From: a virus
IMG/VR virus record: IMGVR_UViG_3300047678_000169
Coordinates: 16,239 to 80,238 of that record
Direction: 5' to 3' (one strand)
DNA: 64,000 nucleotides
In this document: positions 21,199-30,797 of the stretch, piece after piece
How the letters are laid out: every line of letters begins with the position of its first letter
Numbering within the stretch: position 1 is the stretch's first letter
Program-made: the position numbers and the translations under genes
Notes under the pieces: model-generated
What the model was told of the DNA's origin: nothing
What the model saw: the letters and a program-made list of their open reading frames with translations, nothing else
The model's database searches: none

Positions 21199-22484
21199 AG
21201 TTTTTCGATTTTCTTAAATTTAGGTAATACCAACTGAACTTTCTTTTCAAAGACTGGTAAATGTTTTTCTATAACTTCAATCAACAACTTGTTACCAGCC
21301 TCAAGGGTGAACTTTTCAGAATTCTCAAGTCGGAGTTTTTCCGCATTTGGGACGTAGTTGATGTAATTTTCAAATACATCATTCATCTTACCAGCTGCGA
21401 CACTGTAGTTTACGGTATACCAGTTTCCTTCTTTGACAATCCATTCATTGACTGCTGAATCGGGTATGTTGGTCAATGTTCCAGGCAACAATACCGCTAA
21501 GGTCTTTGGTAAAAAGTCCAATTGACCTGACCAACCAGAAGCAATTACTGGCTTGCCACTCAACGATGCTTCTAGTAGAGGGCGACCAAATCCTTCTCCG
21601 TGAGTAAAGCAAACGTGTGCTTTTACCTTTGGGTGATTGTATAGTCGATTCATTTCTTCAAGGCTTAGGTCGCCATGAACAAGATAGACGTTTGGTAAGT
21701 TTCCTTCCAATCCATGACGGGCACGATTAATCTTCTTCAAGATTTCATCCTTATCCATTTGAGAGAAATTGGCTCCAGAAGTCTTTAGAATCAATGCCGG
21801 TGCGTTCTTTTTATTCTTAAACACTTCACTGAACACCTTGACCAACATTCCAATATCCTTGCGGTCGGCTCCCAAGTCTCCTTGTAGCCAGTGACCAACC
21901 ATCAAGAAACCAAATGTCTCTGGAATACTATTCATCATTTGGTCAATCGCAGGATTTTCCTTTTGGGTCTTTTTAAAGATGGATGTGTTCACCCCTTCAA
22001 ATGCCACTTCGATTGGCTTGTTGAGAGCAACAGCCTCTTGGCGGCCGTCTGGATGGGTTCTTGTAAATGAAGCCTTAACAAATACATCCTTTGCAAATTT
22101 AGAAGGGACGATGTTAAGATTCATTCTGTTCAAACCATCAATCCATTCAGCCTTCGGTAAGGTTGTTTCAATACCGGCGGTGATACCAATGTTGAATTTA
22201 CCCATTGCTTGAAATTCATTTGGTATGGATACCTGAACGAATAGTTCTGGCTGAGTGGTGATAGGTGCTGTAGCAATTGCTGCTCTAATCAAAGCGCTGT
22301 TTGGGTCTTCGTCCGTGTCCAAAGCAGTGTTTGGACAAGCCCCCCAACGCATAGGAATGATTTTCAAATCAAACTTTCCCCAGTTGATGAGTGCGATGCA
22401 TATCTGCCTCATGTGGTCCCCATACCCGCTCCGAGATTGGACGGGTCCCTGTATTACACAAATTGGTTTTATTTCTTGATTCAT
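21195..22484 (-). CDS. Glycosyltransferase family 4 (GT-B)
   Basis: SRSGYG, RKD, GEGFGRPLLEA..GKPVIAS. Confidence 0.88.
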   Translation of the reverse strand: MNQEIKPICVIQGPVQSRSGYGDHMRQICIALINWGKFDLKIIPMRWGACPNTALDTDEDPNSALIRAAIATAPITTQPELFVQVSIPNEFQAMGKFNIGITAGIETTLPKAEWIDGLNRMNLNIVPSKFAKDVFVKASFTRTHPDGRQEAVALNKPIEVAFEGVNTSIFKKTQKENPAIDQMMNSIPETFGFLMVGHWLQGDLGADRKDIGMLVKVFSEVFKNKKNAPALILKTSGANFSQMDKDEILKKINRARHGLEGNLPNVYLVHGDLSLEEMNRLYNHPKVKAHVCFTHGEGFGRPLLEASLSGKPVIASGWSGQLDFLPKTLAVLLPGTLTNIPDSAVNEWIVKEGNWYTVNYSVAAGKMNDVFENYINYVPNAEKLRLENSEKFTLEAGNKLLIEVIEKHLPVFEKKVQLVLPKFKKIEKL

Positions 22485-23278
22485 AGGTCTAAATTGGTTT
22501 CTGTGATTATCTTGTAAGACATTTCATTTGTCAAACAATATTGTTGTGCGGCTTTTGTTTTTGCCATAATCTTTGGTTGTTTTAGTAAATTTGTAGGCTT
22601 GACTTCGTGTATCTCTGTTTGATTTATTAAGAAGTCTGGGACATAATATCTATTGACGTTCGTGGTTGGGTCAAAGTATTGAATGTGGACACCATGTTTC
22701 TTAGTCCATTTGATTCCGGAAAAGTCCATGATTTCCATGTATTTTTTCTCGTAGGAGCTTTCATAATACTCTTTGGTTCCGTCTGGCTTCTTGTGCCAAC
22801 CCTTAACGAAGCGATGTTGATTTTTGAGAGTTCCATTGGCTAATTTTCGGGAAATGGTTTCTGATACTTTTTGTCCAAGAGCTTTATAGTCGGTTTTTCT
22901 TTTTGATAAATCGATTTCTCCATTATCATACATCCTCTGTATTATTATGGAGTTTTTCTTTGATAGTTTTTGTAATCGTTTGTCTGTTTTCTTAGATTTT
23001 CCCGTTGCCCAAGGTTCTCCAAAATTATATCCATTGCCCGGTTTTGCTAATTGAGGATGTGTGTCCTTTGTCAGACCATTGTTCCAACTGCCTCCATGAT
23101 TTTTTGACCATTTACAAAATCCACGCTTAGCGTTTTCTCTCCTTTCTTCAAGCCGTCTGGGGTCTGAATTGGAACACTTCTTGCTACAGTATTTAGCAAT
23201 GTCTTTACGATAGGTTCCGACGTAAAATGTGGAGCTACATACCTCACAATGTTTTTGAATTGGTTCTTTTCTTTTCAT
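22481..23278 (-). CDS. Free-standing endonuclease, TnsA-like PD-(D/E)xK with Zn finger
   Basis: CEVC/YCSKKC, ESSYE, YYVPDF, EVKP. Confidence 0.8.
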   Translation of the reverse strand: MKRKEPIQKHCEVCSSTFYVGTYRKDIAKYCSKKCSNSDPRRLEERRENAKRGFCKWSKNHGGSWNNGLTKDTHPQLAKPGNGYNFGEPWATGKSKKTDKRLQKLSKKNSIIIQRMYDNGEIDLSKRKTDYKALGQKVSETISRKLANGTLKNQHRFVKGWHKKPDGTKEYYESSYEKKYMEIMDFSGIKWTKKHGVHIQYFDPTTNVNRYYVPDFLINQTEIHEVKPTNLLKQPKIMAKTKAAQQYCLTNEMSYKIITETNLDL

Positions 23279-23414
23279 TTTCTATTTCCTTTATGAGTAT
23301 GGTTTCGGCCCAACTGGATATCTTCAAACTATTGACCCTGCAATAGTTCTTGATAATCTCATATGATGGTGAGTTTATCGGAAGAGTCTTTTTTGGTGAT
23401 TTTGTCATACCCAT
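23244..23414 (-). CDS. Small ribbon-helix-helix-like protein upstream of the endonuclease
   Basis: Hand translation MGMTKSPKKTLPINSPSYEIIKNYCRVNSLKISSWAETILIKEIENEKKRTNSKTL; late promoter overlaps the start. Confidence 0.55.
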   Translation of the reverse strand: MGMTKSPKKTLPINSPSYEIIKNYCRVNSLKISSWAETILIKEIENEKKRTNSKTL

Positions 23415-23466
23415 AAGTATATAGAAAGTGTAGAAAAGTGTATTTATTTACACTTTTCTTAAGATA

Positions 23467-23658
23467 TTAAGGTGCCGTTCCTGGAGTGTTCTGTGCTTCT
23501 TGTTCTTCAATGATTGCGTGAATTTCGTTCTCTACATCGTTGATACGGTCTTTGAAATCGACGTTAGCAGCTTTCTTCTCATTCTTGATTTCGGAGAGTT
23601 GCTTTGTCAATTCATATACCTTTGTCTTTGCTTCGTCTTTAGTTAGTGGCTTTGCCAT
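23467..23658 (-). CDS. Small coiled-coil protein
   Basis: Helical, charged 63-aa ORF. Confidence 0.6.
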   Translation of the reverse strand: MAKPLTKDEAKTKVYELTKQLSEIKNEKKAANVDFKDRINDVENEIHAIIEEQEAQNTPGTAP

Positions 23659-23675
23659 AGTTTTGTTGGGTTAGA

Positions 23676-25175
23676 TTATTTGTTAAATTTTGATAATACT
23701 TTGTCTTTGTCGATTGGAGGAATTATGAATCCAAGATTATTGTCTGGCATCTGATGACCTACGTATTCGTCATGGCGGTGAAGATTAAACTTCTCTCTTC
23801 CCTTCCAGTTGACCATCATTGAATCGAGTCCTTCAATCATTTTGTTACACATGTTTCCGGAGTTCAATCCTCCAATTCCATTAGCGTATTCACGACCAAG
23901 TGCTCCATATTCGGTTCTTTTCTCATGACCAACGCTATACCAATACATCAATGCTTCAGCAGCATCTTCCCAGCGAGCATAGTCTGCCAAGATGTAAGGA
24001 GTTGGAATTGAACCCTGTAAGAGTCTAGCGCCTGGATAAATTGGCGTTACCCACTTACCATGCTTTTGGTATCTACCATCGTGGTTACTTCCCCATGTAG
24101 TATCAAATTCAACGAGCTTTCCAGATTCGTCTTGGAAACCACATTGGTCTTGAAGACCTCCGGTAACAGTTACAATGATTGGAGTTCCTGCCATGAGACT
24201 TTCAGCTGTTCCCAATCCAAATCCTTCATTGTCAGAAAGATTGATGGTAACATCAGCCAAATTATACAAGATGTTCATTTCTGCTGGACCATACTTTCCA
24301 TTACTGAATAGAACATCATAGTTCGGACACAGCGCTTCCTTACATGCAATCAAATCGGTTCCAGCATCTTCGACTGGGTTAGTGTGAAGTAAAAATACAC
24401 ACTTAGCAGCTTCTTCCTTTGGAAGATTGTCACAGAAGGCTCGGTAAGCGAGCATAATGGACGATGTTTGTTTACGACGAATATTTCTACTGTTGTAAAG
24501 AACAACATATTTGTAATCCTTCTTAAAGAGGGATTTCTTCATTGCAGCCACCTTGGCCAAATCAGCTTCGGAAGTCAATGGACGAAATACGTCGGGATTG
24601 ATTCCGTGTGGGACATAAGTAACTGTGGTCGGCTTGTTATATGTGGTTCCCAAGATGCTCTTAACAATGTTTTCAGTTTGTTTGCTGATACATCCAATCC
24701 AATCACAGCTTTGATAGAATGGGCGATTATACATTGGGTATGGTAGGTCGTCCCAAATTGAATAGAATCCAATTGGAACCTTTTGACGAACTTCACGTTC
24801 AATTCCATATAGCCAAATCCAGAAACGTGGGTCAGTGAAGTGGAGAATAGCGTCTGGCTTTTCCAAGCCCATTACTTCATTCAAGATTTCAGGGCTTCCA
24901 TATCCATCGACTGGATAGAGTTGAACATATGGGTCAACGATGCCGGTTTCTACCTTTGTAGCATCATTGAGGTTCATGACCCTACCCTTTTCAGGATGTT
25001 GAACAGCTCCGGCGATTTGTGCCCAATTATATTTGTGAGCGGTTCCCATTACGAATTCTCTGGCCATCGTTGCGATGCCTGAGTGCATTCTTAGGTCGTC
25101 ACAGAGAAGCAAAATCTTTTTGCGTTGTTCCTTTGGTAAGTATCCTTCACGTTGTCCGATAATAGAGAATGACAT
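23676..25175 (-). CDS. Glycosyltransferase family 4 (GT-B)
   Basis: HSGIA, VPHG, RNIRRK, NEGFGL..AES..AGTPII. Confidence 0.9.
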   Translation of the reverse strand: MSFSIIGQREGYLPKEQRKKILLLCDDLRMHSGIATMAREFVMGTAHKYNWAQIAGAVQHPEKGRVMNLNDATKVETGIVDPYVQLYPVDGYGSPEILNEVMGLEKPDAILHFTDPRFWIWLYGIEREVRQKVPIGFYSIWDDLPYPMYNRPFYQSCDWIGCISKQTENIVKSILGTTYNKPTTVTYVPHGINPDVFRPLTSEADLAKVAAMKKSLFKKDYKYVVLYNSRNIRRKQTSSIMLAYRAFCDNLPKEEAAKCVFLLHTNPVEDAGTDLIACKEALCPNYDVLFSNGKYGPAEMNILYNLADVTINLSDNEGFGLGTAESLMAGTPIIVTVTGGLQDQCGFQDESGKLVEFDTTWGSNHDGRYQKHGKWVTPIYPGARLLQGSIPTPYILADYARWEDAAEALMYWYSVGHEKRTEYGALGREYANGIGGLNSGNMCNKMIEGLDSMMVNWKGREKFNLHRHDEYVGHQMPDNNLGFIIPPIDKDKVLSKFNK

Positions 25176-25217
25176 AATGTAACTGTGTTAGTATGGAGTG
25201 TTTTAAGTGTTTGTCAA

Positions 25218-25427
25218 TTAGAATGATGAGCCGCTCGCTTGAAGGTCGGTTGTTTTATCGACCTGCGTGCGGAATGCTTCATTGTTGACATACAGATAAA
25301 CACAACGATTGACCAATTTCTGTAGAGACATTCCGTTTCCGACTGATAGATGCTTGAATGCATCATACTTGTCCTTGAATACGTGAACGCTCGTGAAAGA
25401 GGTTTGGTGGTTTCCTTTGAGTCTCAT
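25218..25427 (-). CDS. Small ribbon-helix-helix-like protein
   Basis: TSVHV..YDAFK...SLQKLVNR pattern. Confidence 0.6.
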   Translation of the reverse strand: MRLKGNHQTSFTSVHVFKDKYDAFKHLSVGNGMSLQKLVNRCVYLYVNNEAFRTQVDKTTDLQASGSSF

Positions 25428-25542
25428 AAATTTCCTTGGTTAGTTTACATTCATATATATGGATGTATAACGGAAATAATCGCTCAAAAGCGATTTTCTA
25501 TCTTCTTATATACCACTCTAAAAATAAGGATATTTTAATCCG

Positions 25543-26160
25543 TTATTTATTTAATGAGGACTCAATCTTTTCTTTATATTTAGTCGGAAACCCAATCATG
25601 ACCTTGGTAAAGGTCTTTCCTTTGATTTCTCTCTTATAATGAAATTCATCAACAGGAATTATAGTTTTTCCAGGCAAAAATTGTGGGACCTCGGACACAG
25701 GAACCTTCTTCCACCCCATTCTATTCGCCATTGCTTCGGCAGCACCGGACACTTCAGCGTATGTTCTCTTCAATAACAAATCGTCTTTAATGATGCGTAT
25801 TAAGTCAATAAGACCTTGTGTTGGTTTCGAACCTTCTCGACCAGACGATGCTCCCATGACTCTTTTCAAACCAAATTCAGTTCTTTGAACAATAGCAATG
25901 GCTACAACATCTTTACCTCTCCTTGACATTTTCCAAAACATGTCTGGGTCATTGGCTAATTTAATCAATTCATCACGCATGCCTTGTTCAGTTTCAATTC
26001 CCTTGTATCCGCCGGCATAACGGTAAGATTTGACCATTAATGGAAGCACTTGGTCAACAAACTTGAGCTTCTCTTGAGTGGTTCTCGCGTTGAGAACATG
26101 CTCTTTCAAGACCTCTTGAACAGATTCTATAATAAGTTTTCTAATATCTGAGCGATTCAC
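25543..26160 (-). CDS. Hypothetical protein (late promoter)
   Basis: 205-aa ORF directly after a TATTTAT motif. Confidence 0.65.
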   Translation of the reverse strand: MNRSDIRKLIIESVQEVLKEHVLNARTTQEKLKFVDQVLPLMVKSYRYAGGYKGIETEQGMRDELIKLANDPDMFWKMSRRGKDVVAIAIVQRTEFGLKRVMGASSGREGSKPTQGLIDLIRIIKDDLLLKRTYAEVSGAAEAMANRMGWKKVPVSEVPQFLPGKTIIPVDEFHYKREIKGKTFTKVMIGFPTKYKEKIESSLNK

Positions 26161-26184
26161 TTAAATAAATATAGAACAACTCTC

Positions 26185-27282
26185 TTATCCTTCCTTTCCG
26201 TCGCAATATTTTTCACCCGTCACTGTATTTACCATGTCCTTGAAAGAACAATATTTGCAGTTCTTTTTGGCTTTTCCGGGATTCTTACCAAATGGAGACT
26301 CCTTGTTGTATTCTCCGTGGGCATCAAAACACTCATTGATAAAGTCTAAGAAAGACTCTTCAACCATTTTCAAGCTCATTTTTCCATCGGGAGGAGCAAC
26401 ACGTTGAATTCTCTGTTGTGGGAATGCCAAATCTTCGTATAAGCGCCTCTTCAAGATAATGAATTCAACTTCAATGTCACTCAAAGGTGTCTTATAGACT
26501 TGATTGTAGAATCTCTTGTATAGCAAAAGTTGGTCGAGCTTTGTTCGGTCAGCCTTTTGATACTTGTTCCAACCAAACGTAGAAGTTTTGAAGTCCAAAA
26601 TGCGAATCTTTCCGGTGGATTTCTCTCTCAATACAATGTCAAGAAATCCCTTGTAAATGATAGTTCCGCCGCGGATGGGAATGTTGAGAGGAAGTTCGAT
26701 ACCAACAATTTCGTAAATTTTAGATGGAAAATGTTTACTTCTCACGGAATGAGATACAAAGTAATCGATGATATTTTTACCATCAACTCTAAATTCTTCA
26801 ATTTCAACATCAATGAATTCACTTGGGAGCTCTACGTGCTCTCTATTTTCAGAAAGAGCTTTCTTTTTCTCTTCCTCTCTTCCCTTAGTCTCTTTTTCTC
26901 GTATCGTCTTAATTTCTTTGTCATATTCTGTGTTGAACTGACCAACGCAATCAATAGCTTCAGCTTCGATTGCTCCTTTGGTGTAAAGGACATTTAAGAA
27001 ATTTTGTAAAACCGTATGTATAGCCTTACCAAAGGCTGTGTTGATGGAGTCGTCCCAGGTTGAGAGCTTGTCCATATATGACAATTTCCATTGAAACGGA
27101 CATTTTAGCCACATTGCATATTGACTAAAACTCACCGTTTTAGGCTTCTTCGCTGTTGGGTCTTTTTGTGGTGTGGTTGGAGGAACAACTGAAACGTCTA
27201 TTGCCTTTAGAGCCACTTCATCACCAACAATAAAAAAATCTTCCATTTCTACAATTACAACAGATTTTTTTACCACTGTCAA
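26185..27282 (-). CDS. PD-(D/E)xK nuclease, RecB/Cas4-like; start probably MEDFF near 27246
   Basis: SFSQ..CP, FGKAIH, GFLD, LDFKTS, QLLLY, CKYCSF..C. Confidence 0.88.
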   Translation of the reverse strand: MTVVKKSVVIVEMEDFFIVGDEVALKAIDVSVVPPTTPQKDPTAKKPKTVSFSQYAMWLKCPFQWKLSYMDKLSTWDDSINTAFGKAIHTVLQNFLNVLYTKGAIEAEAIDCVGQFNTEYDKEIKTIREKETKGREEEKKKALSENREHVELPSEFIDVEIEEFRVDGKNIIDYFVSHSVRSKHFPSKIYEIVGIELPLNIPIRGGTIIYKGFLDIVLREKSTGKIRILDFKTSTFGWNKYQKADRTKLDQLLLYKRFYNQVYKTPLSDIEVEFIILKRRLYEDLAFPQQRIQRVAPPDGKMSLKMVEESFLDFINECFDAHGEYNKESPFGKNPGKAKKNCKYCSFKDMVNTVTGEKYCDGKEG

Positions 27283-27329
27283 CAGATTTTGATTGGCGTT
27301 AACGCATTTTGGCCGATACTTATTCTAAT

Positions 27330-27701
27330 ATGCAAATCGAAGCAATCACTCTTATTATAGGAAGCCTCGCATCAATCCTTACTGCTCTGGTCAGCTATAT
27401 CGCCGGAAAAAAGAAGGCAACAAGCACAGACTTTGATGTTCTAATCAAGGCCAACGAACAATTTCGTTCTGAAATCAGAAATGAACTTGCCCAAGCTCGT
27501 CAAACAATCGAAGAATTGAGACAAGCCATGAAAGATAAAGACAAGGAAGTTTCGGATTTGCAGAACTCTGTTAACGATTTACAAACTGAAATCGTTGAAA
27601 AAGACAGAAGAATTAGTGACCTTAAAATTGATTTGATGAAAAAAGATATTAGGGTATCTGAGTTGGCAGCTAGACTCACGATGCTTGACAAGCAATCATA
27701 A
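27330..27701 (+). CDS. N-terminal TM plus coiled-coil protein
   Basis: Hydrophobic ITLIIGSLASILTALVSYI, then heptad repeats; TACTTAT promoter 6 nt upstream of ATG 27330. Confidence 0.75.
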   Translation: MQIEAITLIIGSLASILTALVSYIAGKKKATSTDFDVLIKANEQFRSEIRNELAQARQTIEELRQAMKDKDKEVSDLQNSVNDLQTEIVEKDRRISDLKIDLMKKDIRVSELAARLTMLDKQS

Positions 27702-28150
27702 TGAATGGGCTCCTACATTTTGGAGAAGACTTAAAGAAGTTTTATAGAGACAAAATAGCCTGTCATTGGCCGGCTAAGCCAGATTCATTGTCCACAGATA
27801 AGTCTATTCTCAGAGGACTGAAAAAGAGCGAAATTCCAGCCATCTTAGCTACACAGGTCAAAGATGAACTTCCGATTATTATATTTTCCAATGAAGCACA
27901 TGAAAAATTGACCGGCTATTCAATGGAAGAATTGATTGGAAAGTCCACCAATATATTCTATGGAAAAAATACCGATAAACATTCTCTCAAAGACCTTATT
28001 GAGAATCTAAAAGAGAATGGATTCTGGACCGGCAAGTTAGTCTGTTATGATAAGCGTGGTAAAGAATGTTTGATTTCTTTTAATATCATAACCATCCTTG
28101 TAAATAACAAACGATACCACATAGCTTACAAGAAGAGGTTGACGAAATGA
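27701..28150 (+). CDS. Stand-alone PAS-domain protein
   Basis: IIFSNEAHEKLTGYSMEELIGK...WTGKLVCYDKRG. Confidence 0.85.
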   Translation: MNGLLHFGEDLKKFYRDKIACHWPAKPDSLSTDKSILRGLKKSEIPAILATQVKDELPIIIFSNEAHEKLTGYSMEELIGKSTNIFYGKNTDKHSLKDLIENLKENGFWTGKLVCYDKRGKECLISFNIITILVNNKRYHIAYKKRLTK

Positions 28151-28521
28151 ACATATTGTATGTTGAAGATGATAGGTTAATATCTGAACTAGCCAAATAT
28201 ATTTTCGTTGAGCTAGACCACACGGTTATTTTTTGTCAAACTATCCAATCTGCCAAGAGCGTCATAGAAAACGAAGGCTCTAAAATTGATTTGATATTTT
28301 TGGATTTGTTATTGCCAGACGGAAGCGGCATAGATATTTTAGATTTTATGGAATCCTCTCATTCAGAGATTCCGGTTATTGTTATTTCTGGTAAGATTGA
28401 TAGTTATAGGGAAAGATTAAATGAACATCTCAGTAAAAAGACTGTGATGGGTGTTTATTCAAAACCTCCGTGTTATGATTCCATAGTATCGGACATGAAC
28501 ACATTATTTTGCAAGAAATGA
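28147..28521 (+). CDS. Single-domain response regulator (CheY-like receiver)
   Basis: YVEDD, FLDLLLPDGSG, VIVISG, SKP. Confidence 0.9.
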   Translation: MNILYVEDDRLISELAKYIFVELDHTVIFCQTIQSAKSVIENEGSKIDLIFLDLLLPDGSGIDILDFMESSHSEIPVIVISGKIDSYRERLNEHLSKKTVMGVYSKPPCYDSIVSDMNTLFCKK

Positions 28522-28979
28522 ATAAACCAACTCCCTTCTCACATCTTCTACAGAAAAAAGGCATTCTAAAAAATTTTTCTATTGCGAAAACCGTTCCTCA
28601 CAAGGAAATAGAAGCTCTCAAGGAAAAAGTCAGAGCATCAACCAAATCTGAGGAAGAATATAACAAGGTATTTGAGCAAGAAATGATTCGTGTTGGGAAC
28701 ATGCACGATGTATCCAATCCGATTCCTGGCATCATCTATGATGAGCAGAAGAAGGGGCGCTCCGCTAAACTTCTGAAACACATGCTTGAAGTTTCTAAGA
28801 AACTAAAGGCTCAAAACTTTACCAAAGCTGAGATGTGCTTCTTTATAGTATCATTGATAAGTGCTCTGGGACTCACCAAAGAAGATTTCTCTGGAACGGA
28901 TTTTACTGACTTTGGCTTGAAGCCAAGGAAAAAGCCTCCAGAAGACGAACAATACGACGATGGATATAGTAAGGATTAA
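28518..28979 (+). CDS. Hypothetical protein
   Basis: ATG overlaps the stop codon of the REC gene. Confidence 0.65.
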   Translation: MNKPTPFSHLLQKKGILKNFSIAKTVPHKEIEALKEKVRASTKSEEEYNKVFEQEMIRVGNMHDVSNPIPGIIYDEQKKGRSAKLLKHMLEVSKKLKAQNFTKAEMCFFIVSLISALGLTKEDFSGTDFTDFGLKPRKKPPEDEQYDDGYSKD

Positions 28980-29650
28980 GCAAGCTTCATCTCTTCGATG
29001 AACTTGCTTACGTGTCTGTTCAATTCGGTATCATTTACCAAATCATCAGACTTAACATGTTCCCACTCTACTCTATAAGAAGCTAGAGCCTTTATTTTTG
29101 GGTCGTTGAGAGCTTCATGGTCATTTGCTGGTTGAACAAACTTAAATTCGTTCGCTCCAACAACATCAACGTCTCCTCGTGAGGTTCTCTGTGTATATGG
29201 AAATGGAACAATCTCATAGCGACTGACATGAACCACTACACCGTGCCAGTCTTCCGTTACCCAATGAATTTCATCCTTGGGATAGTGAGCATAACGAATG
29301 TCGGTGATGATGGCGTAATCAGCATCAATCTTTTCTAAATTTGATTGGACAATGTTAATCCAATATTTTCCACCGGTTCTTTTTCGTTGAGCATCACCAT
29401 ACCAAACTAAGAACGGACGAATCAAGTTCTTTTCTTCGGTAATTTGGGTAAAGGCGGAGAATCCAAAATTCTTCTTACAGAATTCATCACAATCAGCCTT
29501 CAAAGCGTCTGCCAATGCAAACTTGATAACCGACTTATTTTTTGCAATAAGCTGGTTCATTAAAATGAGAGCGAAGGTGTCTTTTCCGCTACGGGCAACT
29601 CCCGCTATTCCTATAATAAGTGGTTTATGTGATGCCTGCATATTTTTCAA
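28976..29650 (-). CDS. Deoxynucleoside monophosphate kinase (T4 gp1-like)
   Basis: IIGIAGVARSGKDT, ALADALK, ITDIRY. Confidence 0.85.
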   Translation of the reverse strand: MKNMQASHKPLIIGIAGVARSGKDTFALILMNQLIAKNKSVIKFALADALKADCDEFCKKNFGFSAFTQITEEKNLIRPFLVWYGDAQRKRTGGKYWINIVQSNLEKIDADYAIITDIRYAHYPKDEIHWVTEDWHGVVVHVSRYEIVPFPYTQRTSRGDVDVVGANEFKFVQPANDHEALNDPKIKALASYRVEWEHVKSDDLVNDTELNRHVSKFIEEMKLA

Positions 29651-30101
29651 ATTTATCTTTGTATTTTTCTACAAATCGGATTTCTCCGTTTAGATATTTA
29701 TCCTTTAGGATAGATGAGTTTGGCTCAATGTCAATCAGTTTATACTCTAAACCATTTTCTATACAGAATTTTTCGCCCACTTCTTTTTTTAGTTTTACCA
29801 ACAGAGTTTCCCATAACTTCTTGGGCTTTACTTCTATCAACGAATTCCCAACTAAGAAATCGGGCTGATATGTTCTGTCTGTTCCATCATAACTTTTGTA
29901 TGGTATTCTATACTTTTGGGCGCTTTCGCATGATAGACCTTTTCCCTCTACTTCTGTTATAAAGTATTGCAATTCTCTAAGGCTTCTAAAGTGATGACCT
30001 TTATACCAATTGGCCCACCCGTTGCCAGAACCATTTGGAGAAGGTTTTCCATACATCGGATTTTTCTTTCCCACTCTTCCAAAATGACTTCGCCAAATCA
30101 A
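29625..30101 (-). CDS. TnsA-like PD-(D/E)xK endonuclease (possibly 5'-truncated)
   Basis: NPMYGKP, FRSLRE, RTYQPDF, EVKP. Confidence 0.75.
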   Translation of the reverse strand: MIWRSHFGRVGKKNPMYGKPSPNGSGNGWANWYKGHHFRSLRELQYFITEVEGKGLSCESAQKYRIPYKSYDGTDRTYQPDFLVGNSLIEVKPKKLWETLLVKLKKEVGEKFCIENGLEYKLIDIEPNSSILKDKYLNGEIRFVEKYKDKFEKYAGIT

Positions 30102-30112
30102 CTAACTTTACA

Positions 30113-30265
30113 TCAGTTATTTTCTGCTTCTTTCTTGAGTTTTTCATATGCGGTTCTCCGTTTTTTGTTTACCGCATCACGATTTTTTCGGTAATACTCA
30201 ATCGCACGAATGCGTTTTTCCTCAAGTATTTGCTTGTATGTTTTGTTGTGTGATTTGCGGCCCAT
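30113..30265 (-). CDS. 50-aa basic MGRK microprotein upstream of the endonuclease
   Basis: MGRKSHNKTYKQILEEKRIRAIEYYRKNRDAVNKKRRTAYEKLKKEAENN; TATTTAT promoter. Confidence 0.6.
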   Translation of the reverse strand: MGRKSHNKTYKQILEEKRIRAIEYYRKNRDAVNKKRRTAYEKLKKEAENN

Positions 30266-30323
30266 ATGAATAAATATAAACTATAAACGAAAAGCGACGA
30301 TTTATTACTTATTATATAATATT

Positions 30324-30797
30324 CTATTCATGCCCAATCAACTTTTCCATTTCTTTTTCGGTATAACCAAACAAAGAAACAATTTGCTTTATCTGTTCTT
30401 CGGTCATTAAAGAAAGATACTCTGTTACGTTTCTTTCACTCTCCATGAAGTATCCTTTCATTAGTCCAATCAATTCTTTAGTATGCTCCTTTGACTTGGA
30501 ATTCTTAATATAAGGATAGTAGGCTCGACCTTTGGGAACAATGGCGATGCAGCACTGATAAAATAGTTCTGGGTCAAGAGTCTGATATTTTTGAATCTCA
30601 TTGACCAATTCTATTAGATTTGGCTGCATACTCAAGAATCGACAAATCATATAATTACTCCAACTCTTTCTGTCAGCATCAGTCAAGTTTTTGAAATAAG
30701 CAGGGTCTTGCTTTTCTCTAATGTGATTGATGTGGTCAAACAAGCCCTTGGCTTTGACTCCAACCGTTCCGGTGACTGTAGATTTCTTTTTAGGCAT
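30324..30797 (-). CDS. Clamp loader small subunit (T4 gp62-like)
   Basis: LFDHINHI...YMICRFLSM...VNEIQ...YYPYIK. Confidence 0.75.
   Translation of the reverse strand: MPKKKSTVTGTVGVKAKGLFDHINHIREKQDPAYFKNLTDADRKSWSNYMICRFLSMQPNLIELVNEIQKYQTLDPELFYQCCIAIVPKGRAYYPYIKNSKSKEHTKELIGLMKGYFMESERNVTEYLSLMTEEQIKQIVSLFGYTEKEMEKLIGHE

Noticed and set aside
26185-27282. Cas4 of a CRISPR system
   Set aside because: No other cas genes or arrays; solo Cas4-like nucleases are common in phages.
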